DNA of 64,000 nucleotides. Source: an uncultured Spirochaetales bacterium (GTDB taxonomy: Bacteria > Myxococcota_A > UBA9160 > JAFDET01). Each line of letters opens with the position of its first letter. Within the stretch, counting starts at the first letter, position 1. This document shows, in pieces, positions 19,343 to 28,476 of the stretch. Where the stretch lies: contig CAYTZH010000002.1 in NCBI GenBank assembly GCA_964442285.1, positions 36,260 to 100,259 on the forward strand. Reading direction: 5' to 3'. A program made the position numbers and the translations under genes. Below the pieces are notes generated by a model that worked only from the letters and a program-made list of their open reading frames with translations, ran no database searches and was not told the origin of the DNA.

Positions 19343-20271
19343 CAGCCGTTGCTCCGGTTCCAGCCGTCGACGATCTCCTGCATGTCCTCGGGCCGGAAGA
19401 AGAGCTCGGACTGCTGCCCGCTGCCGAAGACCGACCAGGAATGGCCCAGGTCCCAGTCCTCCTTCACCTCCCAGGCGTCGTCGTCCTCGATCACGTCCAT
19501 GTCGGTGAAGTGCTCGAAGAACGTGCCGCTCGGGTCCTTCAGGTACCAGAACATGTTGCCGCCGATCACGTGGCGCCCGGGGCCGTCCACCTGGACCTCC
19601 TCGCCGTGCTCGCGCCTGTAGACGCTGGCGGCCCGCATCACGGCGTCGAAGTCGTCGTACTCGAAGGCGTAGTGGTTGAGATAGGGCACGGGAGCCGGCG
19701 CCAGCAGGAAGTTGTGGTGGTCGCGGGAGCAGCGCAGGAAGTGGGCGATGCCGCCCACCACGTCCGAGGTGCGGAAGCCGAGGGCCTTGGCGAGCGCCAG
19801 GGACCTGGGGACCTCGTGGGTTCCGCACACGAAGTGGCCGAGGCGCCGGGGCGGACGCGGCCTGGCCTCCACCAGGACCTCGGCGCGCTGGTTCAGGCGG
19901 TCGCGACGGCCGGGCTTGTTCACCAGCCGCTCGGGCGCCAGGGACACGTCGTGGGGCGCGGCGGGCTCGACCCCGTAGACCCAGTGGTTGATCGGGTCGG
20001 GCACGCGCAGGCGTCCGCCGCCGATCTGGTACTTCACGCCGAGGGCGTCCAGGCGCCGGGCGGCTTCGACCAGGTCGGACTCGTCCGCGCAGCCCAGGCG
20101 GATCTCCCGCATCTGGCGGTAGGGGGCCTCCTCGATCCGGATCTGGCCGGGCAGGTCGCGGCTGCCCCAGACGCCGTCGCCCCCTTCGAGACCGATCTCG
20201 CGATAGAAGTCGTCGAGGACGGCGGGCTCGGGAACGCCGACGGTCATGCCGAGCAGTCGATGCAGTGCCAT
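19342..20271 (-). CDS. Two-domain VOC-superfamily ring-cleavage (extradiol/hydroquinone-type) dioxygenase
   Basis: About 309 aa with duplicated glyoxalase-like modules (LGHFVCGTHEV..., HHNFLLAP..., LNHYAFEY). AGGAGAG RBS. Confidence 0.75.
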   Translation of the reverse strand: MALHRLLGMTVGVPEPAVLDDFYREIGLEGGDGVWGSRDLPGQIRIEEAPYRQMREIRLGCADESDLVEAARRLDALGVKYQIGGGRLRVPDPINHWVYGVEPAAPHDVSLAPERLVNKPGRRDRLNQRAEVLVEARPRPPRRLGHFVCGTHEVPRSLALAKALGFRTSDVVGGIAHFLRCSRDHHNFLLAPAPVPYLNHYAFEYDDFDAVMRAASVYRREHGEEVQVDGPGRHVIGGNMFWYLKDPSGTFFEHFTDMDVIEDDDAWEVKEDWDLGHSWSVFGSGQQSELFFRPEDMQEIVDGWNRSNG

Positions 20272-20292
20272 GTTCTTCTCTCCTGTGTGGGT

Positions 20293-21840
20293 TCAGTGCA
20301 GGGTGGGCTCGCGGAGGGCGAGCTTGGACTCGAGGGAGGCGACGAGGCGGTCGAGGCTCCAGGCCCCGTCCACCACGCCGAAGACGTAGCGATCGGGGCG
20401 CACGATCGCGGCCGGATGGGACTCGAAGAGCTTGTCGAGCTCGTTCTCCACCACCGCCACGCCCTCGAGGGACACGCAGCGGGCGCCGATGCGGTCCAGG
20501 AAGCGGCGGCTCGCGTCGGACAGGGCGAGGTCGGCGTCGCTTCGGGCCAGCACGGCGAAGCCGCGGCCGAGCAGGGCGTCGAGGCGGCAGGGCGCGCCGC
20601 CGGGCGGGCACACCGTGGGCTGGCGGAGCAGGGTGCCGGTGGCGCTCCCGCCGCCCACCTGCTCCAGGGTGATCGCGCCGCCGTGCAGCGGCGGGGCGGT
20701 GCGTCCCTGGCCGTAGCCCGACGAGGAGTCGACCGCATGGGGCGGCGGCTTTCCGGCCTCCTGGGCCGCGAGGTTCTCCATCAGCTTGCCGATGGCGACG
20801 GCCCAGTCGACCAGGTCGTGGGCGTGGGCGTCGCGCTCCGCGGCGTAGGTGTCGAGCAGGGCGTCGCCGCAGGTGCCGTCGAGCACCCAGGGCAGCTTCC
20901 AGGCCAGGTTCACCACGTCGCGGAAGCCGGCGTTGAGGCCCTGGCCCAGGAATGGGGGCGTCTGGTGGGCGGCGTCGCCGGCCAGGAACACCCGGCCCGC
21001 CCGCCAGCGCTCCGCGGTGGCCGCGTGGAACTGGTAGACCGCGGTCCGGCGGAGGGCGTAGCGGTCGGCGGGCAGCCACTCGTCCAGCAGGGCGCGGATG
21101 CGCTCCGGCCGCAGCATCTCCTCCCGGGTCTCGCCGGGGTTCAGCTGGAACTCCCAGCGCCGGTTCGGGTCCTTCGCGCAGACGTAGGTGGCGAGCCGGG
21201 CGGGGTCGCAGACCTGCATGGTGAGGATCGGGAGGTCGCTCGGGTCCTCCACCACCACGTCGACCACGAGCCAGTCCTGGTCGTAGCCCAGGCTCTGCCA
21301 GGCAATGCCCAGGGAGCGACGCACGAAGCTGTTGGCCCCGTCGCAGGCGATCAGGTAGGCGGCGCTGAGCCGACGGGTTTCGCCGCTGGCAATGTCGCGG
21401 GTCTCGAGGAGCACCTCGTCTGCGCCCGGGTGGACGCCCGTCACCTCGTGGCCGAGGCGTAGCGCCGCCTTGCCCTGCTCCCGGATCATGCCGCGGAGGG
21501 TCCCCTCGAACTCGGGCTGGTCGAAGAGGTTCACGTCGCGATAGCCGTTGTGGCCCAGCCGCGGCACCGGCATGGTGAAGTAGGGCTCCCGCTTCGCGTT
21601 CGTGAACGCCACCGCGTCGCCCGCGCGGGGGGGCTGGAGGGTGGCGGCGATCTCCTCGCCGCGTCCCAGGCGCTGGAAGGCGCGCACGATCTCGCCGTCG
21701 ATGTTCACGGCGCGCGGGATCTCGACCACCCCGGTCTCGCGCTCCACCACGACCACCCGCAGTCCTGCGTCGGCGAGCAGGAAGGCGCCCATGGCGCCCA
21801 CCGGACCGAATCCCACGATGGCGACGTCGAAGTCCGGCAC
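20293..21840 (-). CDS. FAD-dependent aromatic-ring hydroxylase (MhpA/PcpB-like)
   Basis: DVAIVGFGPVGAMGAFLLADAGLRVVVVERE (GxGxxG), LAGDAAHQTPPFLGQGLNAGFRD. GTG start with GGAGGAG RBS. Confidence 0.85.
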   Translation of the reverse strand: MPDFDVAIVGFGPVGAMGAFLLADAGLRVVVVERETGVVEIPRAVNIDGEIVRAFQRLGRGEEIAATLQPPRAGDAVAFTNAKREPYFTMPVPRLGHNGYRDVNLFDQPEFEGTLRGMIREQGKAALRLGHEVTGVHPGADEVLLETRDIASGETRRLSAAYLIACDGANSFVRRSLGIAWQSLGYDQDWLVVDVVVEDPSDLPILTMQVCDPARLATYVCAKDPNRRWEFQLNPGETREEMLRPERIRALLDEWLPADRYALRRTAVYQFHAATAERWRAGRVFLAGDAAHQTPPFLGQGLNAGFRDVVNLAWKLPWVLDGTCGDALLDTYAAERDAHAHDLVDWAVAIGKLMENLAAQEAGKPPPHAVDSSSGYGQGRTAPPLHGGAITLEQVGGGSATGTLLRQPTVCPPGGAPCRLDALLGRGFAVLARSDADLALSDASRRFLDRIGARCVSLEGVAVVENELDKLFESHPAAIVRPDRYVFGVVDGAWSLDRLVASLESKLALREPTLH

Positions 21841-21849
21841 GGGCTCCTC

Positions 21850-22737
21850 CTAGGCGATCCGGGGGGTCGGGTCGGGCTCGTCGATCACCGCGTTGTCGAT
21901 CTCGCCGATGCCGTCGATGGCGACGCGGACCGTGTCGCCCGCCTTCAGCAGCCGGGGCGGCTTCATGGCGATCCCCACGCCGCCGGGCGTGCCGGTCGGG
22001 ATCACGTCGCCCGGCTCGAGGGTGAAGGCCGTGGAGAGGTGCTCGATCAGGAAGAAGCAGTCGAAGACCAGGTTCTTGGTGTTCGAGCTCTGGCGCAGCT
22101 CGCCGTTCACCCAGGTCTTGAGGTCGTGGCCGTGGGGGTCGCCGAACTCGTCCGCCGTCACGATCCACGGGCCCATGGGGCAGTGGGTGTCGAAGGACTT
22201 GCCCATGGTCCAGGTGGGCGTGCGCAGCTGCCAGTCCCGCACCGACACGTCGTTCACGATGGTGTAGCCGGCGATCACCTCGGCGGCGCGGTCACGGGGG
22301 ACGTGGCGACAGCGCTTGCCGACCACGATGCCCAGCTCGCCCTCGTAGTCGAGGGCGCCCGAGACCCGCGGCTTGTGGAAGGGCTCGTAGGGCGGGTGCG
22401 CCGAGGTGGACTGCTTGTTGAAGACCACCGGATGCTCGGGGATCTGGATCCCGCTCTCCTTGGCCTCCTCGATGTGGTCGCGGTAGTTGACCCCGATGGC
22501 CAGGATCTTCGGGGGGCGCAGGAGCGGCGACGCGAGCGTCACGTCCGAGAGGGCCACGCGGTGACCGCCCGCGGCGAGGGCGGTGCGGGCCGCCGCCAGG
22601 GCGGGATCGCCCGCCTCGAGGAAGGCGACCATCTCGGAGGGCAGCTCGGGGGCGGCGGTCGACAGGTCGACGACGGCTTCGCCGTCCACGACCCCGATGC
22701 GGGTGGCGCCGGCCTGGGTGAAGGTCACGAGCTTCAT
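21850..22737 (-). CDS. Fumarylacetoacetate hydrolase (FAH) family protein
   Basis: KILAIGVNYRDH...LDYEGELGIVVGK...IAGYTIVNDVSVRDWQ...PGDVIPTGTPGGVG. ATGA overlap with the TetR stop. Confidence 0.85.
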   Translation of the reverse strand: MKLVTFTQAGATRIGVVDGEAVVDLSTAAPELPSEMVAFLEAGDPALAAARTALAAGGHRVALSDVTLASPLLRPPKILAIGVNYRDHIEEAKESGIQIPEHPVVFNKQSTSAHPPYEPFHKPRVSGALDYEGELGIVVGKRCRHVPRDRAAEVIAGYTIVNDVSVRDWQLRTPTWTMGKSFDTHCPMGPWIVTADEFGDPHGHDLKTWVNGELRQSSNTKNLVFDCFFLIEHLSTAFTLEPGDVIPTGTPGGVGIAMKPPRLLKAGDTVRVAIDGIGEIDNAVIDEPDPTPRIA

Positions 22738-23414
22738 CGAGCATCTCCTCGTTCGGTGGGAGGCCCCAGGAACAGCGCGACCAGCGCGTCCGCGTGGGCC
22801 TCGATGATCTCCGGGTCGGCCGGATCGCGGCCGGTCAGGCGCCGGCACTCGGGCGCCTGGTGGAAGAGGTGGGTGGTGGCTCCCACGAGCACGTAGTGGA
22901 GGAGCATCGGGTCGATCCGGGTCGCGTGGGGGCCGCTCTCGGGGGCGAGCCCCGCCAGCCTCTCGATCGTCTCGAAGATCGGCCGCACGTGGTGATCCAC
23001 GATCCAGTGCATGCGCGGACCGTCGCGCTTGCCCTCGTCCGTCATCAGGCGGTGGAACTCGAGGTGGGTGGCGGCGAAGCGCACCAGGGCGCGGATCATC
23101 TCCTCGAGCAGCGCCGGCTCGAGCGGGCGCCCGGCCTCGGCGGCCTCGAGGGCGAAGCCCAGGCCGGATCGGATCTCGGAGAAGGCCCGGTTCACGGCCT
23201 CGCGCCAGAGGCCCTCCTTGGACCCGAAGTAGTAGGGGATGAGGCCCTGGTTCACGCGAGCGCGCGCGGCGATCTCCCGGGTGGAGGCGCCGTCGTAGCC
23301 GAGCTCCGAGAAGGCGGAGAGCGCCGCGTCGAGCATCCGCTCGCGCGTGGAGGCCTCGTCGGCCGGGGCCTGGGGGCGGGGGTGGCTGCGCGGGCGGTCC
23401 GCGGGCTGGGCCAT
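22734..23414 (-). CDS. TetR-family transcriptional regulator
   Basis: HTH region RERMLDAALSAFSELGYDGASTREIAARARVNQGLIPYYFGSKEGLW. Confidence 0.85.
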   Translation of the reverse strand: MAQPADRPRSHPRPQAPADEASTRERMLDAALSAFSELGYDGASTREIAARARVNQGLIPYYFGSKEGLWREAVNRAFSEIRSGLGFALEAAEAGRPLEPALLEEMIRALVRFAATHLEFHRLMTDEGKRDGPRMHWIVDHHVRPIFETIERLAGLAPESGPHATRIDPMLLHYVLVGATTHLFHQAPECRRLTGRDPADPEIIEAHADALVALFLGPPTERGDAR

Positions 23415-23434
23415 GGGTGTCCATCTCCCGGGCG

Positions 23435-23473
23435 TTGTTCAGCTGAACAAGGCCCATCTTATTCGATCGAATA
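23435..23473. promoter_or_regulatory. Two perfect palindromes in the TetR operon promoter region (candidate operators)
   Basis: TTGTTCAGCTGAACAA (23435..23450, 16 bp perfect) and TATTCGATCGAATA (23460..23473, 14 bp perfect), 21-60 bp upstream of the TetR ATG. Confidence 0.5.
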
Positions 23474-23548
23474 GGCACGTGCAAGCCCCCCTCGTCGGCT
23501 CTCTCACGAGCGCGCAGCGAGCGGGAAGAGTGGTGGTTCTACAGGGAC

Positions 23549-24730
23549 CTAGGTGGGTAGCACCGGCAGGCGCAGCCAGCCGCGCAGGATGCCGGTGGGA
23601 ATCCGGACGCCGCGCTCGGGGCAGACCCGGGCGTCCGCCAGCAGCGCGCCCAGGCACTCGAGGCCGACCCGCGCTTCGAGTCGCGCCAGGTGCGAGCCCA
23701 GGCAGAAGTGGATCCCGTGGCTGAAGGCCACGTGGTCGTTGGGGCGGCGGTCGAGGTCGAAGTCGTCGGGCCGCTCGAAGTGGCGGGGATCCCGGTTGGC
23801 CGCCGAGAACATCACCATCACCACGTCGCCCGCGCGGATCTTCTCCCCGCGGAGCTCCACGTCCTCCGTGGCGACCCGGGCCAGGGCGTTCACGGGAGAC
23901 TCGAGCCGCAGCAGCTCCTCGACCAGGGCCGGGATCCGTTCCGGCGTGTCGCGGACGAGGGCGAGCAGGTCGGGGCGGGCCTGCAGCACCAGGGCGGCGT
24001 TGGAGAGCAGGTTGGTGGTGGTCTCGTTTCCCGCCGTCCAGAGCAGCTGGCACAGGCCCACCAGCTCCTCGGCTGCCAGCGGGCTCTCGTCGCGCTCCGA
24101 GGCCTCGATCAGCGCCGAGAAGAGATCCTCGCGTCGATCGGTGCGGCGCTGCTCGATCAGGGCAGCGAGGGTGTCGTACATCTCCCGCATCACCCCCGGC
24201 GCGCTCGCGTCGGTGATCTCGGCCGCACCGGTGACGCTCGTCGTCGCGTTCCAGAGCCGCAGGCGGTCCCGGAGCGCTTCGGGGATCCCGAGGATCTCGG
24301 CGATGACGCCCACCGGGAAGGGGCTGGTGAAGGCGTGGACGAGGTCGACCTCCTCCCCGGCGGCGAGGCGCGCGCGAACGGCCTCGATCAGCGCCCCGGC
24401 GATCTCCCGGATCCGCGGCTCGCGGGTCGCCGTCACCCGCGGCGTGAAGGCCTTGGACAGGATGCGCCGGAGCCGGTCGTGGTGGGGCGGATCGTCCTGG
24501 ATCAGCGTCTGTCGCGGAAGGCCCACCTCCTCGGAGCGTCCGATCGGGCCGCCCTTCGACGAGAACCGCGCCGGGTCGTGGAGCACCGCGACCACGTCGT
24601 CGTAGCGGGTGATCGCCCAGAAGCGCTTCGCTGCGCACCAGTACACCGGCGCCTCGTCGCGCAGTCGCTGCCAGTGCGCGCGGGGCTCGGCCACGTAGCG
24701 CGGGTCGTCGAACGGGAGCAGGTCGTCCAT
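23549..24730 (-). CDS. Cytochrome P450
   Basis: Heme loop FSHGIHFCLGSHLARLE. ExxR motif (EELLRLESP). GAGGAGG RBS before the ATG at 24730. Confidence 0.9.
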   Translation of the reverse strand: MDDLLPFDDPRYVAEPRAHWQRLRDEAPVYWCAAKRFWAITRYDDVVAVLHDPARFSSKGGPIGRSEEVGLPRQTLIQDDPPHHDRLRRILSKAFTPRVTATREPRIREIAGALIEAVRARLAAGEEVDLVHAFTSPFPVGVIAEILGIPEALRDRLRLWNATTSVTGAAEITDASAPGVMREMYDTLAALIEQRRTDRREDLFSALIEASERDESPLAAEELVGLCQLLWTAGNETTTNLLSNAALVLQARPDLLALVRDTPERIPALVEELLRLESPVNALARVATEDVELRGEKIRAGDVVMVMFSAANRDPRHFERPDDFDLDRRPNDHVAFSHGIHFCLGSHLARLEARVGLECLGALLADARVCPERGVRIPTGILRGWLRLPVLPT

Positions 24731-24822
24731 CGGGCGCCTCCTCGTGCCCTGTGTGGACCGGATGCGCGCGGCTGTCAACGGTTTCGGGAGCGAGCCTCGG
24801 ATCGGTTCGGGAACCCGTCTAG

Positions 24823-25716
24823 CTAGGGGAGCGTCCGCAGGTAGGCGAAGAGGGCGCGCAGCTCGAGGTCGCTCATCTGGCCGTAGCGTGGCCAGGGCAT
24901 GAACTCGGGGTCGACGACCCGCCCGTCCGGCGCGATCCCCGTGCGCAGGCTGCGGACGAAGTCGGCCTCGGACCAGCCCCCGAGCGGGCCCGAGGCGGTG
25001 AGGTCCGGCGGGGGCGGCTCTCCCGGAAGGGAGAGGGGGTGGAGACCGCCCTCGAGGTCGGGCCGGTGGCAGACCCGGCAGATGCCGACGGCCACGAGGT
25101 ACTCCCCGTAGGCGGCATTCGCGGCGGGCTCCGGCCCGGGCGGGGGCGGCGTCGTGTGGTCGATGCGCTCCGCGGCCAGCAGGTCCGGCGCGAGGCCGCT
25201 GGCCAGGACGGCGCGGGTGAGCGGGCCCACGACCCGCTCCCGGGACGGACCGTCCACGGGGGGCACGCCGCGCAGCCAGGCGACGATGGCCGCCAGATCC
25301 TCGTCGCTGAGCGCGCGGAGCTGGTCCGAGGGCATCAAGGCCAGGGCGCGCCCATCCCGATCTACACCGTGGCGGATCGCGCGCGCCAGGTCCTCGTCAC
25401 GGTAGTCGGGCGGAAGGCCGCCGCGTCCCGAGGTGAGGTTCGGGGCCCACAGCCGCCCCACCCAGGGATCGTCCGCCAGCGAGCGACCGCCCAGGTCGTC
25501 CCCGTGGCAGAAGCTGCACTGGGCGATGGCCACGCCGAGGTGGCGGCCCCGGGCCAGCGTCTCCGCGTCGTGGACGACGGCGACCGAGAGGGCTCGCGTC
25601 GGGGTCGCGTAGATCCGCTCGAAGCGGAGCTCGCTGGCGCCGAAGACGGCGAGCGCCAGGAGCAGCAGCGCCGCGGAGGCGATCGACACGGCCCGGACGG
25701 CGCGGCGCGCGGTCAT
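24823..25716 (-). CDS. Membrane-anchored diheme c-type cytochrome
   Basis: Signal-anchor MTARRAVRAVSIASAALLLLALAVFG. Two CxxCH motifs (CSFCH, CRVCH). Starts 14 bp after the upstream gene's stop. Confidence 0.8.
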   Translation of the reverse strand: MTARRAVRAVSIASAALLLLALAVFGASELRFERIYATPTRALSVAVVHDAETLARGRHLGVAIAQCSFCHGDDLGGRSLADDPWVGRLWAPNLTSGRGGLPPDYRDEDLARAIRHGVDRDGRALALMPSDQLRALSDEDLAAIVAWLRGVPPVDGPSRERVVGPLTRAVLASGLAPDLLAAERIDHTTPPPPGPEPAANAAYGEYLVAVGICRVCHRPDLEGGLHPLSLPGEPPPPDLTASGPLGGWSEADFVRSLRTGIAPDGRVVDPEFMPWPRYGQMSDLELRALFAYLRTLP

Positions 25717-25730
25717 CGATCCCCGGGGCC

Positions 25731-28220
25731 TCAGGATCCGGTGCGAAGCTGCTGGATGGCGTCGAAGCTGTAGGGGTCGTCGGCGCGGACGTAGTAGACC
25801 CGCGCCGTGGGCCTCGCTCCGAAGCGGCGCTTCTCGAGCGGAGCTCCCATCCCGAAGAGCACGCGCGGGAGTCCCAGCGCCCGGGCCCGCAGCACCACGT
25901 GGCGCAGGCACTGGCGGTAGAGCCCGTGCGCGTGGACGTAGGCGTAGTCCAGGCCGATCACCATGGGGACGTAGCGGTCCTCGCCGACGAAGGAGGCCAC
26001 CACGGCGACGGGGGCGTCCGGCGCGCCGGGGAGGGCGCCGGGACGGACCCGCAGCGCCAGCAGCTCCCAGTCGGGGAACTCGAGCATGCGGGCGAACAGG
26101 TCCCGGGGGAGGGGGAAGGTGTTCAGTGCCAGGCTGCGACCCTGGACGTTGCGGTAGAGCGCGTAGAGGTGCGCGAGCTCGTCGGGGGTGGGGCGTCGGG
26201 ACCGGCCGTCCAGCACCTCGACCTCGTAGGTTCCGTTCCAGGGTTGTACGTGGCGACCGTGATGGCGCCGCAGATCTCGTGAGCCTGCCCGAAGGAACGC
26301 CTGCTCGTCGGGCCAAGTGCACTCGGCGACGAAGGTCTCGGGCGCGGGCAGTCGGGCGAAGCCCCGCTCCAGGAGCAGGGCGTCCATCTCGGGGTCGTCC
26401 GCCGGCAGGTCGCGGAGCACCAGGGTCTCGGCGCCGCGGGCCTCGGCATCGGCGTCGACGGCGGCGAGCAGGAGCGCCATCAGGTCCTTCCACTCGGACG
26501 ATCCGCCGCGCCGTGCGTCCGGGTGGAGGAAGAGGTGGTCTCCCTCAGTGAGGAGGGAGCCCATGGCGAAGGTGCGGTTGACCAGGAGGTGGGGATCCCG
26601 CGCGCGCAGCTGCTCCACCTGCCGGGACACGTCCGGCTCCGCGAGCATGTCGGCCTTCCACAGCGCATCGGTGAAGAACGTGGCGAGACGCGGTCGACCC
26701 TCGGCGTCGAGCACCCGGTAGTAGTGGAAGTGCCAGTCGTTCTCGGGCTCCGGGCGGTCGCGGAACGTCCGCTCCAGGAACCGGAGGCCCCCCCAGGTGA
26801 ACGATCCCCGTCCTCCGAGACGGGCGTTCCATTCGGCGGCGTCGATCTTCTCGATGGTGTCGGCCCGTTCGAGACGGAGTGCGGCGCCGCGGCGTCCGCG
26901 CCGCCGCTCGGCCCTTCCGGGCCGGGGGCGGGGATCGACGGTCCGCCGCCGGCCCCCGCCGGCGGGCGGGGGCAGACGCAGCGCGCTCCAGACGGACTCC
27001 GGCGTCTCTCCTTCCTCGGCGAGCACCGCATCGAAGCTGCGGGCGATGGCGTCCACCAGGCCGCGGATGTCCTCCTCGGTCTGGTGCAGGTTCAGGGAGA
27101 ACCGCACGCCCGACTTCTTGACGGCGACCGCCGGGAACTGGCCCGTGTTGACGTAGTACCCCTCGTCCATCAGCCGCAGGGCCATCTGCTGGGCCGCGCG
27201 GGTCGAGTACATGCCCACGAAGCGCACCGGCGAGTCGGGCGACGACGGCACCGGGAGGTCGACGGACGCCAGCAGGCGGCTGCAGTGGTCGAAGCGCGCC
27301 CGCAGGCGTCGCTGCAGGGCGTAGATCTCGTCGCTCAGATGGATGCGCGCCGAGGCGATGGCGGCGCCGAGCATCGGGGGCTGCAGCGGACCGGAGAAGA
27401 TCAGGGTGGCGCCGCAGTTCCGCACCCGCTGGCGGGTCGTCGCCTCCGCGAAGACCAGCGCGGCACCGCCGGCGCCGAAGGACTTGTTGAGGCTGGTGGC
27501 GACGACCATCCGGGGATGGAGCGGGACCCGGTCCAGGGCCACGCCGCGTCCGTGGCGGCCCTTCCAGCTCATGCCGTGGGCGTCGTCGACGTAGAGGCGC
27601 AGCTGCTCGTAGCGCTCGCCGAGCGCGGCGAGCTCCTCCAGGGGCGCCACGTCGCCGTACATGCTGTACACGCTGTCGAGCAGGTACCAGACGTGCCGGT
27701 GGTGGTGCCGCAGCTCGCGGATCCGCTCCTCCAGCAGATCCAGTCGGCTGTGTCGCACCAGCTCGACGTGGGTGCCGATGGGCTGGAGCTGGCGCGCCGC
27801 GAGCTGGACGCTGTTGTGGACCTGGTGGTCGAGGATCACCGCGTCCCGCTCGTCGACGAGCGCCGGGATCGCGGCCAGGTGGCCCAGGGTCGTGGACGGC
27901 GTCACGATCACCGGGGCCTCGAACACGGCGCCCAGCAGCCCCTCGAGCTCCTCGTACAGGGGCGCCGACACGTAGGCGCGCGAGGACGAGAACTGGGTTC
28001 CGAAGCGCTCGATGGCGTCGATCGCCCCCTGCTTCAGGCGGGGGTCGAGCTCGAGGCCCAGGTAGCTGCAGGACCCGAAGTGGACGAGGTCGCGACCGCC
28101 GAGGCGCAGGGTGCGCCCGGTCAAGCGCTCGTCTTCGGCCGTGAGATGCCCGAGGCCCAGGCGGACGGCCTCGGTGATCACGGCGTCGATGATCTCGAGC
28201 CGGTCGGCGTTCTGTCCCAC
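25731..28220 (-). CDS. Fusion protein: alpha-oxoamine synthase (BioF/Spt/Kbl-like, PLP) + C-terminal BioF2-like GNAT/FemAB-type acyltransferase domain
   Basis: N-terminal half: GSCSYLGL, DDAHGMSW, PLP-lysine region TSLNKSFGAGGA. Basic linker, then about 400 aa resembling the GNAT-like domain found with BioF2. GTG start at 28220 (GAGGGGA upstream) is chosen; the track ORF extends to 28457. Confidence 0.8.
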   Translation of the reverse strand: MGQNADRLEIIDAVITEAVRLGLGHLTAEDERLTGRTLRLGGRDLVHFGSCSYLGLELDPRLKQGAIDAIERFGTQFSSSRAYVSAPLYEELEGLLGAVFEAPVIVTPSTTLGHLAAIPALVDERDAVILDHQVHNSVQLAARQLQPIGTHVELVRHSRLDLLEERIRELRHHHRHVWYLLDSVYSMYGDVAPLEELAALGERYEQLRLYVDDAHGMSWKGRHGRGVALDRVPLHPRMVVATSLNKSFGAGGAALVFAEATTRQRVRNCGATLIFSGPLQPPMLGAAIASARIHLSDEIYALQRRLRARFDHCSRLLASVDLPVPSSPDSPVRFVGMYSTRAAQQMALRLMDEGYYVNTGQFPAVAVKKSGVRFSLNLHQTEEDIRGLVDAIARSFDAVLAEEGETPESVWSALRLPPPAGGGRRRTVDPRPRPGRAERRRGRRGAALRLERADTIEKIDAAEWNARLGGRGSFTWGGLRFLERTFRDRPEPENDWHFHYYRVLDAEGRPRLATFFTDALWKADMLAEPDVSRQVEQLRARDPHLLVNRTFAMGSLLTEGDHLFLHPDARRGGSSEWKDLMALLLAAVDADAEARGAETLVLRDLPADDPEMDALLLERGFARLPAPETFVAECTWPDEQAFLRAGSRDLRRHHGRHVQPWNGTYEVEVLDGRSRRPTPDELAHLYALYRNVQGRSLALNTFPLPRDLFARMLEFPDWELLALRVRPGALPGAPDAPVAVVASFVGEDRYVPMVIGLDYAYVHAHGLYRQCLRHVVLRARALGLPRVLFGMGAPLEKRRFGARPTARVYYVRADDPYSFDAIQQLRTGS

Positions 28221-28476
28221 GCTCGCAGGTCCCCTCGGCGGGCCGGTCGCTGTCGGCCCCGCTGCTGCGCTGTGGGGTTTTCCCCTTTGTTCGATCTTTC
28301 GGCAGGCGGCCGCCGCCAATTGAGGGCCGGACCGGGGCCGGAGCGCCTCCCGGCTCCTGCGGCCGTGACCCGGATCACTGGTCGACCGGCAGCCACGCCG
28401 TAACTTCGCCTTGTTTTCAGCGTTTCTTCGGGTGATCCTCGGGGCTCGACTCCCCATCCATGCACGCGAGGTTCCG

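Noticed and set aside
18551-22168. 1205-aa minus-strand ORF
   Set aside because: Only the last 263 aa (the GST) are coding-like. The rest is RPG-rich shadow sequence over the dioxygenase, hydroxylase and FAH genes, which are in other frames.
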